Source: Planctomycetaceae bacterium
GTDB lineage: Bacteria; Planctomycetota; Planctomycetia; Pirellulales; PALSA-1355
DNA: 61,615 nt
Direction of reading: 5' to 3'
NCBI GenBank assembly: GCA_005773095.1
Contig: SXHT01000107.1
Span: 1 to 61,615 of the forward strand
Shown here: one piece after another, positions 27,601 through 42,600 of the stretch
Numbering within the stretch: position 1 is the first letter of the stretch
How the letters are laid out: each line of letters starts with the position of its first letter
Notes under the pieces: generated by a model
Told to the model about the DNA's origin: nothing
Database searches by the model: none
What the model saw: only the letters and a program-made list of their open reading frames with translations
Position numbers and translations under genes: made by a program

Positions 27601-30600
27601 CATCGACCGACAGCAGCTGGCCAAGCTCGTCGTATGCGTACAAAGTGACGTGGCCGGGGCCGTTGGCATCGGTCACGCGGACGAGGCTGTCGTTCGCGTC
27701 GTATTCGAGGATGATGGTATGCCCCTCGCCGTCGGTGGCGGTGACGCGACGATAAAGGGCGTCGTACGTGTAGGTCATGTCGAACGTGGCGCCGCTTGAT
27801 CTGTCGTCTTTTGACGTTAGCTGGTTGCCGGCGTTGTCATAGGTGTATTGAGTGCGCGACGCCGCGGGCGAGCCGAAGCCGACGATGATTTCTTCCTGAC
27901 GGCCGGCGCCGTCGTAACGGTAGGCAATCTTATTGCCGTTGGCATCGTGGGCCCGAATGATGTTTCCGTCGGCATCGTGCTCGTACTGTTCGAGCACGAC
28001 GATGCCGTCGGAAGCGCCATAGCGATCGACGAGGCTGGCGTCCTGGCGGCTGCGGCTAACCAGCCGGTCGAGCGAATCGGACTGCGTGATCGTATCGGCG
28101 CCGCGCGCGTCGGTAGCGATGACGCGTTGCTGAGCGTCTTGGTACTCGACGCGGTAGGTGGTCCGCGGGCTGACCGCCAGCTCGGATTCGAATTCCTCCA
28201 TCCGCACGGGGCGATTGAGCGCGTCGTAGGTGTACTTTGTCACGCGGCCGTTTTCGTCTTTGTCGGAAAGCTTGCGAACTCCGTCGTAAGTCGCTTCGAT
28301 CGTGCTGCCGTACGGATCGGAGACCCGAATGACGCTGCCCAGCCTGTCGTATTCGTAGCGGGTTTGGTTGCCGTTTGCGTCGGTGTCGATAACCTGGTTG
28401 CCGGCGTCATCGTAACTGCGCTTGGACAAAATCAACAATTGGCTGTCGTTGCTGAGGGTCTCCGACACGCTGCGAGTGAGAATGCGGTTCAGATTGTCGT
28501 ACGAGCTCATGATCACGATGCCGCGGCCGTCGGTCAGGGCGATCAGATTGCCGGCGGCATCGTAGGTGTAAGTTTCTTCATATCCGAGCGCATCCTGCAC
28601 GCTCAGTTTTCGGCCCAGGCCGTCGTACGTGTACGTGAGGTCAATGTCGCCTCCCTGGGCGTCCTTGACGGTAGCCAGATTGCCGTTGCCGTCGTAAGCG
28701 AATTCCGTCGTGAGATTGAGTCCGCCTTCATCCAGGGTTTGCAAGCGGAGCCGGCCGAGGCCGTCGTAACGCACTTCGAAGCGGCCGGTCACGTGATCGT
28801 TCGGGTCGTTGCCGCGGGGATTGGTCGTCACGATGCGGTTTTGTGCATCGTCGTAAACGATGGTCGTCGTATAGGTGGCCGTTTGCCCCGTGGGATCGGT
28901 GGGATCGCCGAGGAAAACAATTTCGCGCCTGGTCGTAGCGCGGTTCAAGCCGTCGGCGATTTCCTGGCCGTCATCGTAGAGCACGCGATAGGTAACGGTT
29001 CCCTGGCTGGCGTGAATCTCCTGGACAACGTTATTGCTTTTGTCGTAGACATACTCGAGCGTATTTCCCAACGCGTCGGCCTGCTTTCGCAGCCGGTAGA
29101 GGTCGTCGTACTCGTAGGAAGTCGCGTTGCCGTTGGGGTCGGTTTCTTTGACCCGATTGTTCACCAGGTCGTAGGTCGTCGTGACGACGGTGTTCGGATG
29201 AGGTAAGTGAATTTCGACCAGGCGATACAAGGCGTCGAAAACGTAATCGGTTCGATTGCCGTGCATGTCGACTTCGAACACCTTGTTCCCGACGACGGCA
29301 TAGCCGGCTTCGACGACCGTGTGATTGGCGCCGATGCCAACCGGGGCGGACGACGGGCCGGAGACGACGTCGCTGCGAATGCGGCGATTAAGCGCATCAT
29401 AAGTGAATTGCTGGACAATGTCCCGCGGATCGGTCGCACGAACCAGGTTTCCTACGGCGTCGTAGGCATACTGCCGCGTGATGTCTTCCAGAGTGAACTG
29501 GACAGGCTGCGTTCCTGGAACGACGACCGGGACATCTTCATCGATCTGGCGGACGATGCGATTGAGGGCGTCGTACTCGTAGCGGGTGACGTGCCCCAGG
29601 CCGTTGGTTTTTCGCACAAGCTGGCCGCCCGGGTTGAACTGAGACTCAGTCTGTTGCGCCCAAGTGACCCCGCTGCGGGCGGTGGAATGGAAGATGTCGT
29701 CGTAAAGAGTCTCACGAACGGTGCGGTCGAGCGCGTCGTATTCGTATTCGACGTGGCGGCCGAACGTGTCGGTGGCAACGACCAGCCGGCTGCGGGCGTC
29801 GAAGACTTGCGTCGTTTCGTTTCCTTCCGCGTCGCGGATCAACTCGGGGTTGCCATAAACATCGTACCGCACGTATTGCGTGACTTGCCCCCGCGCATCG
29901 ATCTGGGTGGTGAGTTGGCCCAGGCTGTCGTAGGTCGATTGCGTGATTTGCCCGGCCGCGTCGATGGTCGCCAGCAGGTTCCCGGCCGTGCCGGTCGGCT
30001 GCGGCATCGTGATCTCGCCGGGGAGCAAAATCGGAACGGGACTGTCGTAGACGAAGTAGGTCGTGTGCCCCTCTTCGTCGGTCTTGCTGGTCATCTTGCT
30101 GAACAGCGGATCGTACGTGTAATGCACCGTGACTTCGGACACTGCCGTGACGCCGTCCTGTTGGGTGGCCGGCCGCAAACTGGGGTCGGTGACGCCCGAC
30201 AAGTCCACCGTTTCCAAAATCACGTTGCCGAAGCGGTCGTACTTGTATTCGATCCGCCGGCCGAATGCGTCGGTCTGCGCGACGATGACCGCATCGACGC
30301 CGGGCAGCCCGGGCCGGCCGGGAACCGAATCGGGTCGGGGCGTATCGGGCGTGGCCCATTCGATCGTGCTGACTTTGCCCAACGGCGCTTCGACTTTCAC
30401 CGTGGCGCCGTAAGCATTGAGCGTGTAAATTGTTGGCTCGACCGACGGGCGGGGGTCGCTCACTACGCGGGTGTTCGGCACCGTGCCGTCGGTGCTGACG
30501 TTGTAGGTGAATTCAGTGACCGCGGGATCGTCGCTGCCAGTGGCGCCGGCCGGATCGATCACTTTCCGAATGAACTCGTGCGGCCGCACGCCAAAGGCTG

Positions 30601-33600
30601 CGGTTTGGTTGGCCAGCGGCAGACTTGGGCCGCCGGCGGTGGAATAGTATTCGTAGCGGGTGACGTGGCCGTTGGGGTCGGTGTAAGAAACGAGATTGTG
30701 TCCGAAAATATCGTTGCCGGGCGTGTAGGTGTACGATTCGATTCGCGTCTCGTCCGGCAACACGCCTTGGCGCGTTACTTTCGTGAGGTTGCCGTCGGAA
30801 TCGTAGTCGTAGAGGATCTTGAGCCCCAACAGGTCTTGACTCGAAGAGGTCGGATCGTAGGCCGTGACCTGGCGAATCCGCTTCAAGAGCATCAGCGGCT
30901 GGTCGGAATACGAAAATAACAGCGCCCGGCCGGATGAATCCTGGACGACGTTGAGGGTGGCCGGATCGTCGTCGATGGCCAGCTTGAGCGCCTCAGGGAG
31001 CGCTGCCACGCGCGGATCGGAATCGTCGTAATACAAATTGATGCGGTTGCCGTTCGGTTCCTCGATGAATTGCAACTCGAAGGTCTCGCCGAACGGCCGC
31101 ATGAACGGATTGCGGGCGAAGTGATAGCGCACGTGAGATTTTGTGAAGTAGTCGAAATGGTCGGCGTCTAATTTGACGAGCGTCGAGTGGTAGCCGACTT
31201 GTGGCTCGTAAAAAAGGGTGTCGTCGGCCAGGCCGAACAAGGCAGCTTGATCGGCGTCGACGTGCGCGCTGGTTCCGCTGAAGCGGTTGCCGCTGCCTTC
31301 GCCGCCGATAACGGTGAGATCGCCTTGGTTGTCTTGCAGCAGCCGCACGTCGTAACTATGCGTCCAACCGGCGCCCAACGTCCCGTCGCTTGAATCGCCC
31401 GAGCTTGAATAAGTGCGGTTGAAGTCGATCGACAAGCCGCGACCTGGGATCACGATGTCCTGGCTGGAGACGGTCAGGTGGCCGTCCCAGATATCGACGC
31501 CTTTGACGATGGTGTGACCAACGGGCAGACTTTCGTTGATTTCGACCTTGTGGACCACCGTTCCCGCCTGGGTGAGCACGTCGCCGTCTTCCGTCACGGC
31601 TCGTAGCACGTAGGGGTGATCACCCGGCAACGAGAGGGTGCCGCTGGGGGGCAGCACCAGGTAGTAGTGGCCGGGTTCGAGTGAAATCTCCTGGAAAATG
31701 GGCAGCGGCTGGCCGAGCGCCGTGAGCGCCGGCAGGGGCAGGCCGTTTTCCAATTCGCTCGTCACGTCAATCGGCTGCGTAAGATCGCGCGCCGGCTGTC
31801 CGTCGAGAAGCAGCGTAACTTTTGCAGGCACGCTGAGCGAGAATTGGAAGTCGCCGCCCACCAACGAAACGTGGTTGTTGAGCCGGTCGACGCGGGTCAC
31901 AATCTCAACTACATCGGGCGCGAACAAGCCGGCTTCGTCGGCAACGCCGCCCGTCGTTCCCTGGATGCCGCCTGTCGATCCGCCAATTTGCCTGGATGGC
32001 CGCGTGGCGATTCCTTTGGGAATGGCTCCGGTTACGAGCGGCGCGTGCGGATTGCGCAACAACAGCAGCGTTTCCGGATCGAGCAGCAAGGCGCGCGTTT
32101 GCGGATCGCGGAGCGGCGGCACGCCGAATTGAATATCGGCGACAATGGGCCGGTTCTGCTCGTCCAGCAGAATCACTCCGCTGCTCGTGTAGCCCACGAG
32201 CGCGCCTTCGACGTAGACCGGCGTGATCGTTTCACCACGGTAAATGGGATAGAAGCGATAATCGGCCTTGGCGGCTGGCATGTCGCCGGAAATAACTTGT
32301 CCGAAAATCGGCAAGCTGTGCTGGTGCGGCGGCGGATTCTCAGTGGGCGGCGGAACATCGGAAACGTCGATGAGAAAGTTGATGTCGTCGATCGGCGTGG
32401 TTGTGAGGTCAGCATTGCCCGGGTTCTGCACCACGTCGAGCATTTGCATCACGTCAAACACGAATACCGCATCGGTTACGGAGTAACTGGCGTACAAGAA
32501 GCGCGCATCGCGCGATAAGAGCAGGCTGTCGGCAAAACCCAGTGGAATCGGGCGCGTCGCCGCCGCCAGGCGGGGACGCTTCGCCGGATCGGGATCGGTC
32601 GGATCGCCCAGCGGATTTTGAATGACGCCCACGTTGCTGCCGGCCGGGTGAAGCTGGTCGAAATCAGGGTCGTGCGATGCGTTCCCCTGGATGAATTTGT
32701 TGTAGCCAAGCACAAATGCATACGAAGCATCGGGAAGGATCGCGACGTCGGCCGCGCTATTGACGTCGAACGAATCGTTGGCCGGGCCGAGCGTCAGCTG
32801 CACGTGCGAAATCGTCCAATTTCGTTGCGCCGCATTCGCGCGCAGCACGCCAACACCTTGCGGTTCGGACAATCGATTGGTAAATAACATCACCAGCGGG
32901 TCGTTCGTAACCGCGATGCCGTAGGGCTCTTGTCCTTGCGTCGCGATGCTGCCGATTTGCTGGCGAAAATCGGCGTCGGCCGGATTCGTACTGACGACCA
33001 GCACAAAGCCGAAGTCCTGGGCGGCGCCCAAGCCCGGGCCGGTCCGAACTCCCGGGGCCAGCACGTAGAGCCGCGTACCGTCGGCGTTGAGGGCGAGACT
33101 GGTAAGGCCTTGAGGCGCCGGATCAAGATGAATCGTCGCGACAACCTTGTGATAGGTTGCCGAACCTGGCTTCACATCCAGCACGTAGACCAATCCTTGG
33201 GCGCCGTCGGATATGTATGCAAAGCGGCCCTGCTGATCGATGACGATATCGTAGGGAACGCCGTTGGGTATCTGAATCCGATCGAGTTCGGCCGTTGATT
33301 TGTCGAGATCAATCTCTTGCAAGGCCATGGCATCGAGCACCGCGATGTCGCCGCCGTATCGACGCGTAACGTAGGTACGAGTGCCGTCAGGCGTTACAGC
33401 GAGTCGCACCGGATAGCCGACGGATGACGCGTTGGGCGTGGGCGCAGTGGGGATCGTGGCGATGACCTGGTTGAAACCGGGGGAGCGTGGGTCGCCGTTG
33501 ATCACTCCCACGTCTTGCGAGGCGGCGTTGGCAACGAACACATACTGGTTTTGGCGGGCGGCGAGTGCCAAGCTGGCGCGATTGCTGGCAAGATCTCGCG

Positions 33601-36600
33601 ACCGAAACTGCAAAACGCTGCTCCCCGGCGAAATCGTGCGGGCGTAGCCGGGCCGCGTCACGCTGATCGTCGCCAGGCCCAAAACGACGGTTCTCGGCAC
33701 GAGCACGTGGAGCACGGTCGGCGTGGAGGTGAGGAGATTTGGCTGCGCAATCACTTCCGTGCCGTCGCTGTTGCGGAAAGTGATCGTCAAATCGGCGATG
33801 TTTCCACCGCGCGACGTTGGCGCGTTCGGGACGGCGTACGTGAACCGCCGGCCGGTCAAAATGACTTCTGGTCCTTGCTGCGTGAAAGCGAATTCGACGG
33901 AATCGATTTCGGGGGCGAAGCTGTCTGGCAGCGGCAGCGGCGGGATGGGAATCGTAGCTGCGAATGTATTTATCTTGTCGGGGTTGACTTCGACTTCGAG
34001 TGGGGTCCGCGTGGGCAGGCCCACTTCGGGGATGCGGAGGATGTTGAGCAGGTGCCTGCCATAGGGCAGGTTGATGGTCGCGCCGCCTGGTCCGAAGGAG
34101 GCGGCCACGCCGGTGATGGCCAGCAAATAACTTATGCCGGGCAGGAAATTCGGCAGTTCAAGCGTCAACTGGCCCGAGGGTCCGTAGGCCAACGCGTAGG
34201 TTCCCGCATCGCGCACGCCTGGGTACGGTGGCGAGGCCGTGCGGGCGAAGCCGTCCGCGCCAACCACGCCGCTTTCGACTTGCAACCACACGGTGATGTC
34301 GGCGCCGGTCACGTCTGGGAGCGTGGATTGGCGTAAGAAGTAGACTTCGGTGCCTGGGGCGACGGAAGCTGGTACCGGAATCGCCAACTGCACCGGCTGG
34401 CTAAGCGATTGATCTCCCAGATTGAGCTGAAACGCGCCGGCGAATTGGAAACCGACCGGGATCGGCAACGCAAGGCTCGCCTGATCAACCGGCGCAATGC
34501 TGACCGTGGTCGGATCTGCGAAGACGCCGGGTGGCACAGCTACTAGCGATCCATCGATTCCCTGGACGACGCCGCCCGAATCATCGAGCAGTGCAGGGCC
34601 TGTCTGCGGCTGCTCGACTTGGACGGGAATGACAACCTCGGCGGCCCCGTTGATCACGGTTACGGTCGCGAACCCTGCACCGTGCGACGTGATGAGACCA
34701 TCGACGCTGACTTCCACAACTTGCGAATTGCTGGAGTAGTAGGTGGTCCCGCTGGCGGCAGGCGTGTAATCGGTCGTCCCTTGAAGGGTCACCAACAGCT
34801 GACGGGTTGCGCCGCCGCTGGCAAGCGCCAGGCTTTGTGGATAAGACTCGAGTCCCACGACGTACAGAAATTGTGAGGCGCGGTCGGCTGGAAAGCCGAC
34901 GGTAACGGAAGTTGCCGCTTGAATCCCATGGCTGGAGACGAGTAGCACCGCCGACCCGTCGGCGACAGCGTCCACGACACCGGTTGCCGATACGCGGGCA
35001 ACCCTGGAATTCGTGGATTGATAGACCAGGTAGCTGGCGGGCAGCGCCACGTCTTGTTCATCGGCGAAGTCGCCAACGATTATCGGCTGCAGGACGTCTC
35101 CCACGTTCAATCGGGGCTGACGCTGTTGAAAATCAAGGCTGAGAAGCGGCGCGCCGCTGACGTCGATCTGTATTGTGGCCGGCACAGAACTGCCATAGCC
35201 ATCGTCGGCCACCAATTCGAGGCTGGCCGAGCCGACGTATCCGGGCGTGGGAGTAAACATGATCGATCGCCCGTCGGGCGCCATGATCGCAACGCCGTGG
35301 GTCGCGGCCATCACGCGAGTGAATGTGGGATCATCTTCGGGATCGTCTGCCAGGTCTTCGATGGGAATGGTGACCGGCAGTCCTTCGTGCGTGCGGACCT
35401 GCGAAGGGACCACCGTCGGTGGCAAGTTCGCGGCGAAGCCGTAATTAATGGCGAGAAGCTGGGCGTCCGCGGCAGTGATCGTGCCGTCGCGATTGAGATC
35501 GGCCGCGGCCACGTAAAGCGGCCCGCCGAGCGAGCTGCCTTGCGCGGCGGCAAGGAGCCCGGCGTCCGTGCCGTCGACTCGGCCGTCGGTGTTCACATCA
35601 CCGGCGATCGAGACGCGCAACGAATACGCGCCCGATTGTGTTACGCCGGCGCCGGCGATATTCAGTTGCTGCAAGCCGTCGGCATTTAGTGAGTACAACG
35701 CATAAGCTGTTTTCGATCCCAAGCGCGTCACAACCGGAGTGAGGCCCGGAATGTTGGGTAGGGCGGGCGCCAGGCCGCTGCCGGGTGCCGCCTCGATCTC
35801 GACGCCAACGACAACCGAGCCGGCGGGCGTCGAGTTCAGTTCGGAGCGGCGGACGCTGAACACGTAGCGATTGACGGCGCCGGCGCTTAGCGTTCCGTTT
35901 CGGGCCAGCGGGATGAAGCGCCGCGCACTTCCCAAGTCGGCCGCGATCGGCACGGTGTGGGGCGTGGGAGAATAGTCGATCACGTGGCTGGGGCCCCCGG
36001 AAGTGGAAACCACCGACGTCAGCAGATGCGGATCGGCCATCGAGTAGCCGTAAAGCTTCGTCGCCCCGCTGGCTGTATTGCGCACGGCAATCAGATTGCC
36101 GGCAGCGTCGTAATCGTAGATGACACTTGTTTGGGCGGAAGTGATCGTGCTGATGCGCCCGGCGGCATCGCGGACGAAGCTCGCCAGTTGGCCGCTGACC
36201 GTTGTGATGCCGCTGTCGCTGTAGATCAGCCGCTGGGCGCCGGCGGTGATTTGCTCGACGATGCCGCGCGCGGTGGAGATTCGGTAAATGGCTCCGTCGG
36301 GCGCAGTCAGTGTGTACTGCGGCGCGCCGGACGTCCCTACGGCCGGGTTGTACGGCAGCGCGGACTTCAAATCGTACAAGCGGTCGCCGGCAAGCGTGAG
36401 CCGAGCGTCGAACGAAGCCAGACTGAAATCGACACCGGCGTCGGCGGTCCAGCTCGGAGTGTAATAGGTCAGCCCTGGAATGTCGTGCCGCTGGGGCGTG
36501 AATGTGAAACCGGCGCGGCGGCCGTCCGGCAGCGTCATGTACAATCGCGAGCCGACGCGCAACGGATTGACCAGGCCCAGCGCTTCTCGTCCCGTGGAGG

Positions 36601-39600
36601 GGACGTCGGTCTGGATGGCCGCGTCTTGATTCGCAAAGTGGCCGCCGAAGCCGAAGGCGCCCGAAACGCCGCGCGACAGCGAATCGTAAACGCGCACGAG
36701 CTCGATTTGTTCGCCGCCGAGTGAAATGGTCAAATCGGTTTCGCGCTGGTCATAGCGGGCCGCTTTGTTCGCCGTATTGATCTCGACGACCGCCTCGGCC
36801 TGGCTTGATCGACCGCTAATATCCGCGGCCGTGAGCCGCAGGCGGTAGATGCCGTTGGTGAGCGTGCCTGGATCAATCGCGGCAATCGAACCGCCGGCCA
36901 CCGAGCCGCTGCCGCGGGCCAGCTCCTGGAAATCGCCGAACCCAAAGGGGGCCAGCTCCAATACCCAATAATTTAGGTTCGTGTCGCTCACAGTCGCGAC
37001 GATCGGTGTCGCACCAGTGATCCGGCTGCGGTCCAAGAGTGGATCGAACGCGACGACGGGCGCGGCCTGGTCGAGTGGTTCACGAATCAATAGCACGGAC
37101 TCGTACCGGCCGGTGAGCCCATCGGCGTCAGTCGCCGTCGCCTCGATTGGAATGCTGCCAGGCGCAGCGGGCACATAATGAGCGCGGCCGGCCGAATCGA
37201 GCGCAAGCGGCTGTCCGCCAAGCGTCACCGTCAGGTTGGTGATCGGGGCCAGGCTGCTGGCGATCGCATGGATGAGCACCGATTGGCCTGGCACGGCGGG
37301 AAAACTGGGTGTCAGTTCGACAAAGACGGCGGGCAATACCGGAGTTGTTGTCGCGCGGATCGTCACACTCCGGCTGGCCGTGTCCCGGCCATCGGACACA
37401 CTGAACAGGATGATGTGATCGCCGGCTTGTCCTGGGCCGGGCGTCCATTGGAAAGCGCCCGTTGTCTCGTTTAGCGTGGCACCGTCGGGCAATTCATTCG
37501 CCGAATAGGTCAAAACGGCGCCTGCGTCTGGGTCACTGCCCGCGAGCGCGAATGTGAGCGTTTGGCCGAGCGCCACTTGATGACTGTCAACGTCGATGCT
37601 CGGCCGCCGATTGACGTCGTCGATCTTCACTTCGACGACATAGTGGTCGCTGGCCCCGGCGGGATCGGTGACGGCAAACGTCAGGCTGTAAATGCCGGCC
37701 TGATCAAACTTGGGCGTCCAAGTGACTTGGCCACTGTGGATATTCAGTCGGGCACCGATTGGCAGCGGCGATTCGGCCGCGAAGACGAGCGGATCGCTGT
37801 CGATGTCGGCGGCCGTAAGCGTGTATTGAAGCGCCGAATTCTCTCTGCCCGATATATTCGGCAACGGAACGGCCACTGGGGCCTGATTCTTGTTCGCTAC
37901 AACGATCGAGAACGTCTTGGAATCGGTTCGATTGCCGTCCGTCGCCGAGACGACGATGCCGCTGTAGGTGCCAGCCTGGAAAAGAGTTGGCGACCAGGTC
38001 AATAGGCCCGTGGCCGGGTCGAGCATCGCGCCCGGCGGCAGATTGGTTGCCGAGAACGTGAGTGGATCGCCGTCGGCGTCCGATGCCGACAATTGCAGCT
38101 CAAATGGCTGGCCTTCTTGAGCGGTTTGATTGCCGACGGCGGCCAGCAGCGGCGCCGCATTGGCAGCGCGGACGCGCAAATTGATCGTTCGCTCATCGCT
38201 CATCGACTGGGCAGCGTTGCCGTTGCCGCTGTCGGCGACGCGAAACGTGACGGTGTAGGGCGCGGCCCGAACGTCGCTGGCAGTCGGCGTCCACGCGAAG
38301 ATGGCCTTGCCATAGACGGCGTCCGGCGTTAGCGTCGCGCCCGTCGGCAAGCCTTGCGAGGAAAAGGTCAACGGGTCTTGATCCAGGTCGCTGGCCAAAA
38401 CAGCAAACGTCAAGAGTTCACCGGCGACGGCCACCTTGTCGCCAAGGTAGGCCAGCCGCGGCGGTTCGTTGTCGGATTCGACCGACAATACGAAAACGGC
38501 TTCCGACGAAAGCGCGGGCCCAATGGCGGTGCTTTCCTTGGCGCGAAGCAGAATGGTGTAGTCGCCGCGATCTCCGGCGACAGGCTGGAAGCGCAACCGG
38601 CCCGTGCCGTCGCCGTTGTCTTCGAACGTGGCGAACGGCGGCAGTCCGAAGCCGCCGGTTCTGCTGGCGGAGAGGACGAGCGGATTGCCGTCTTCGTCGA
38701 TGACTGAAACGGGCACGTCGAGCAACTGTCCGCGCTCAACAGATTGATTCGCGATGGGTGCGATTTGCGGCGCACGGTTCGTATTCAGCACGCTGATGGG
38801 CACCGTTACCATCGTGGCCAGCGGGGCGCCGCCATCGCCGTCATCGGTGGCGGTGAACGTCACGAGATATACGCCCGCATCGCTGAAGCCGGGCGTCCAT
38901 TGAAACATGCCGGTGGCAGCGTCGAAGCTGGCCAGGGACGGGAGGCCGTTCGCGGCGTAGCTGACTGAGGGCAGTGAGCCTTCGAGCGCGGTCAGCGTGC
39001 CGGCGGCGGTTCGATCGGGCGGCAGGTAGCCCGGATTATCGGGATCGAACGCGAAGCCGCGAAAGCTCAGTTGCTGACCTTCCTGAATCTGCCATGTGCC
39101 GAGCTCGTCGAAAATCGGCGCGGCGTTTTCGTTGAGCACGGTAATTCGCGTGCTGGCCGTCGCGGTGAATTCACCATCGGTCACGCTAAATGGGATAGTT
39201 ACCACGCCATGTTGAAAAAAGCTCGGCGTCCATTCGAATACGCCCGTGTGCGGATTGAGGAGCGCTCCGCCGGGCAACATGCTGCTCGCAAACTCGAGGG
39301 CGTCGCCGTCGGCATCGCTGGCTGCAAGTCGAATGCGAAGGGTATCTCCTTCTCGCACCGTGCGATCGCCGGGCGCGAGAAGTTGCGGCGGCTGCTTCGC
39401 CGGAGCGATCAGGATCTCCCAGCGCTGGCTGACGGTGAGATCGCCATCGCTGACGACGAATTCCACGTCGCGATACGTGCCGGCCGACTGGAAGTCGGGC
39501 GTCCACCGAAGCATGCGGCCGACCGGATCGAAGATGGCCCCCGGCGGCAATGCATTGGCCCAATAGACGAGCGGATCGCCGTCGTCGTCGGTCGCCGCGA

Positions 39601-42600
39601 TCGGACGCACCAGCAGTTGTCCCTCTTTGCCTGTCAGCTGTCCCGGCTGCGAGACGAATTCGGGAGCGTGATTTCCGCCGGCCACTGTGATGGAGAATTC
39701 TTGAGTGGCGAATCCGCCGCGCGAGTCGTACGCGCGCAGCACCACGGGCGCCGTCGCCGAGCCGTGCGACGAGGGCAGCCAATCCACGGCGCCTGTCTGC
39801 GGGTTCACCGTCATGCCGGCGGGGCCGCCGTAGAGGAAATAATTAATCGTGATTCCGTCCGGGTCGTGGGCGAGCGCCTGATAGTGATAGGCGTTGCCGG
39901 CAATCGCCGACAACTCGGGCAGGGAATCGAAGACGGGAGCAACGTTGGCCGACGCCAATGCGTAGATGCCGTGGATGTATGTGACCCGTTCGCCGCCGGG
40001 GTTATTGATCGTCACGGTGCGGCCGGTAATCGACTGGCCAGCGCCGAGCCGGCCGTTCGTCAGTCCTTGGCTCAAGTCGACCAACCACACGCCGCCTTGC
40101 GATTGACCGAGCGAGGTCGTCGGCTGGCCGGCGAATGGCAGCGTCGGGTTCAACACCAACACCACGGGCAGCAGCAGATCGAATTGGCTGACGTTGGTCA
40201 CGGTCACGTCGTACGACACCGTTTGGTCGTGGCGCGACGAACGAACGTTCGAGAATTGAATTCCCAGCAACGACGTCAGATCGGTGACGGCCGTGAATTC
40301 TGACTCGAACGGCGTGGCGAGCCCCAGCCCGGCCGTGCTTTCAACGGTCGTCAGGACGCGCAGATAGAAATGGTCGGCGCCAATCGCGTCGAAACCGAGC
40401 AGGGCGGTCCGCGCGGCCGCATCGTAGGCGATCGAACGAATGGCGACCGGGCCGCTGACGTCGCCGATCAATTGGTAGTTGGCCGGATTGAGCACCGAAG
40501 TCGCATCTGTCGCCCGGCCGACGCGCATGTCGCTGTCAAACGTGATGCTGATACTGCCCAGCGGCAAGGCGACGGCCGCATCGGGAGGCGGATTCGTGCT
40601 GACCACGACGGGCGCTGTCAGCGGATTCAAAACGTCGATCTGGTGCGATTGGCTGAGCAACACGCGGCCGTCGGCCGTGGTCCGCACGATATCTCCGCGC
40701 GTGCCGCCGGTGGCCACGGCCACGGTGTGCAGCGTTGCCAGGTCGATCATTGTCAGCGTGCCGGGCCCGCGGTGCCGCGCACCATTGTTGTGAGAAACGA
40801 ACAACAAACCTTCGAGTTGGCTATTGGCCGCGCCGAAGGCGAGCGAGTCGACGTCGTCGTTGAAGGTGAGCACGCGCTCGGCGCGGCCGCGATTGAGAGC
40901 TTGATTGTCGAACCGGATGACGTCGCCGCGGGCGGGCCAGGTGGTTCCCCACAACGTGCCATCCGGCCCAAACGCGAGGCTGCCCACGCGGACGTTGCTG
41001 TAATGACGGAAGGTGTGCAACGCCGGATTGAAAATTTCGACGCCGCGACCGGACGATACATAGAGGTTGCCGTTGGCCGGATTGATCGCCACGGCTTGCG
41101 TGATTCCGTCGCCGTATTCGCCGAGAATCTCACCGGTGAGCGGATTCAGCTCGAGCAGCGGCCCGCCACCGGTCGTGGCCCACACGTTGCCGCTGGGCGC
41201 CATGACCATGTCGAAGACGGGATACGGCAACGTGGTAATCGGCGCGCCGGCCGCGCCGCCGTTGGCGGGCAATCGGTACAACGAGCCTCGATTCGCGCCG
41301 CCGCTGGCGAGCACCGAGCCGTCGGCCAGCTCGACGATCGCCAGCGGGCCGATGCCGGCCTCACTGGTGGAAATACCGGTTGCGAACGCGCGGCCGGAGA
41401 ACGGCCGCAGCACGGTTGTGAATTCGGCGGGCAGCGTCGTCGGCTGCGCGGCAGGAATTCCTAGCTCGGCTTGCAGGAAGAGCGGGTTCGTGGATGGATT
41501 GTTGCTCGGCTCGACCGGCGGCCCCAGGTCGGGATTGCCGCTTTCATCGACTGTCGGCAGCGAACCAAGATTGACCGTCGAGCCGTCGTCGGGCGCCAAG
41601 AGACCCAGCGGCGGCAACTCGCGATTGCCGGCGTTGTCGGTGGCCAAGGCGAGAAATTCGTAACTGTGGCCGGCGGTGCCTTGATAGATGGCGGAAGTTT
41701 CGGTCGTCTGCCGTTGCCAAATGGTAAAGTCGCCGCCGTCTGCCGCCACATAAACGGTTACGTGCCGAACGCCTGAGCCGCCCAAATCGTCGCTGGCCTG
41801 CCAATTCACCTGGTAGTCAGAGCTGCCCGGCTGGATCGGCGCGGAAGTGAGCACGGTTGTGGGCGCCACACCGTCAATCTGGTTGGTGATCGCCAGCGTG
41901 TCATCCGGCGGCGCATTATTCAACAGCACCCGCGCTTGGGCCGTGATCGACGTGCCGGTCGGCAGCCCGTCCTGGGCTTCCACCGTGAAAGTCGCGAAGC
42001 CGCTCCGCGCCTTTCGATCGTTGCCAATCCCCAGCAACCCCAGATTCGCGTCGTCAACGATTTCACCCGTGTGTGGATCGATGGCCTGGAACAACCAGGT
42101 CGCGGTAAGCGACTGTATGTCAATGCCCGCGCTGACGCGCAGGCTGAAGCCCTTGCTGCCGGTGAAGTCGAAATCGCCTTGAAACGCGCCGCGATTGTCG
42201 GGCACGTGTACTTGAATGTCGCCCAGCCGCATGTCACCCAGACGAAACGTGCGCGCGTCGAGTCCCGGGTCGAGCTGCATCAGTACGCGAACTTCGCCGG
42301 CGGCCGTGGCCGCGTTCTCGGAATTCGCGAACTGAATGGTGTACGGCAGGGGCTCACCCAGCGGAACGAATTGCTCGGGGCCAAAACCGGCGGGCCCGCT
42401 GATTGTGGCCTGATTCGTTCCGGCCGCTTGGGCAAAGAAGCTGGAGAAATCGGGCGGCGGCGGTTGGCCGGGGTCGATCTGGTCCAAATCGACTCTGCCA
42501 TGCTTGTTGGCGAACGGAACATAAACATTGAACGCGGCGAAGGCCGTGGCGGCCGATTGCCCCAGGTCGAAGCTGTCGGCCGAAGGCGGCGGACCGCTCC

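Noticed and set aside
27848-30919. Long plus-strand ORFs (452 aa and 570 aa) antisense to the Rhs region; similar ORFs lie at 33515-34336, 39071-40303 and 40370-41464
   Set aside because: They lie opposite a strongly supported coding frame in high-GC DNA. They are Arg/Ala/Gly/Val-rich with no motifs, which is typical of GC-driven shadow ORFs.
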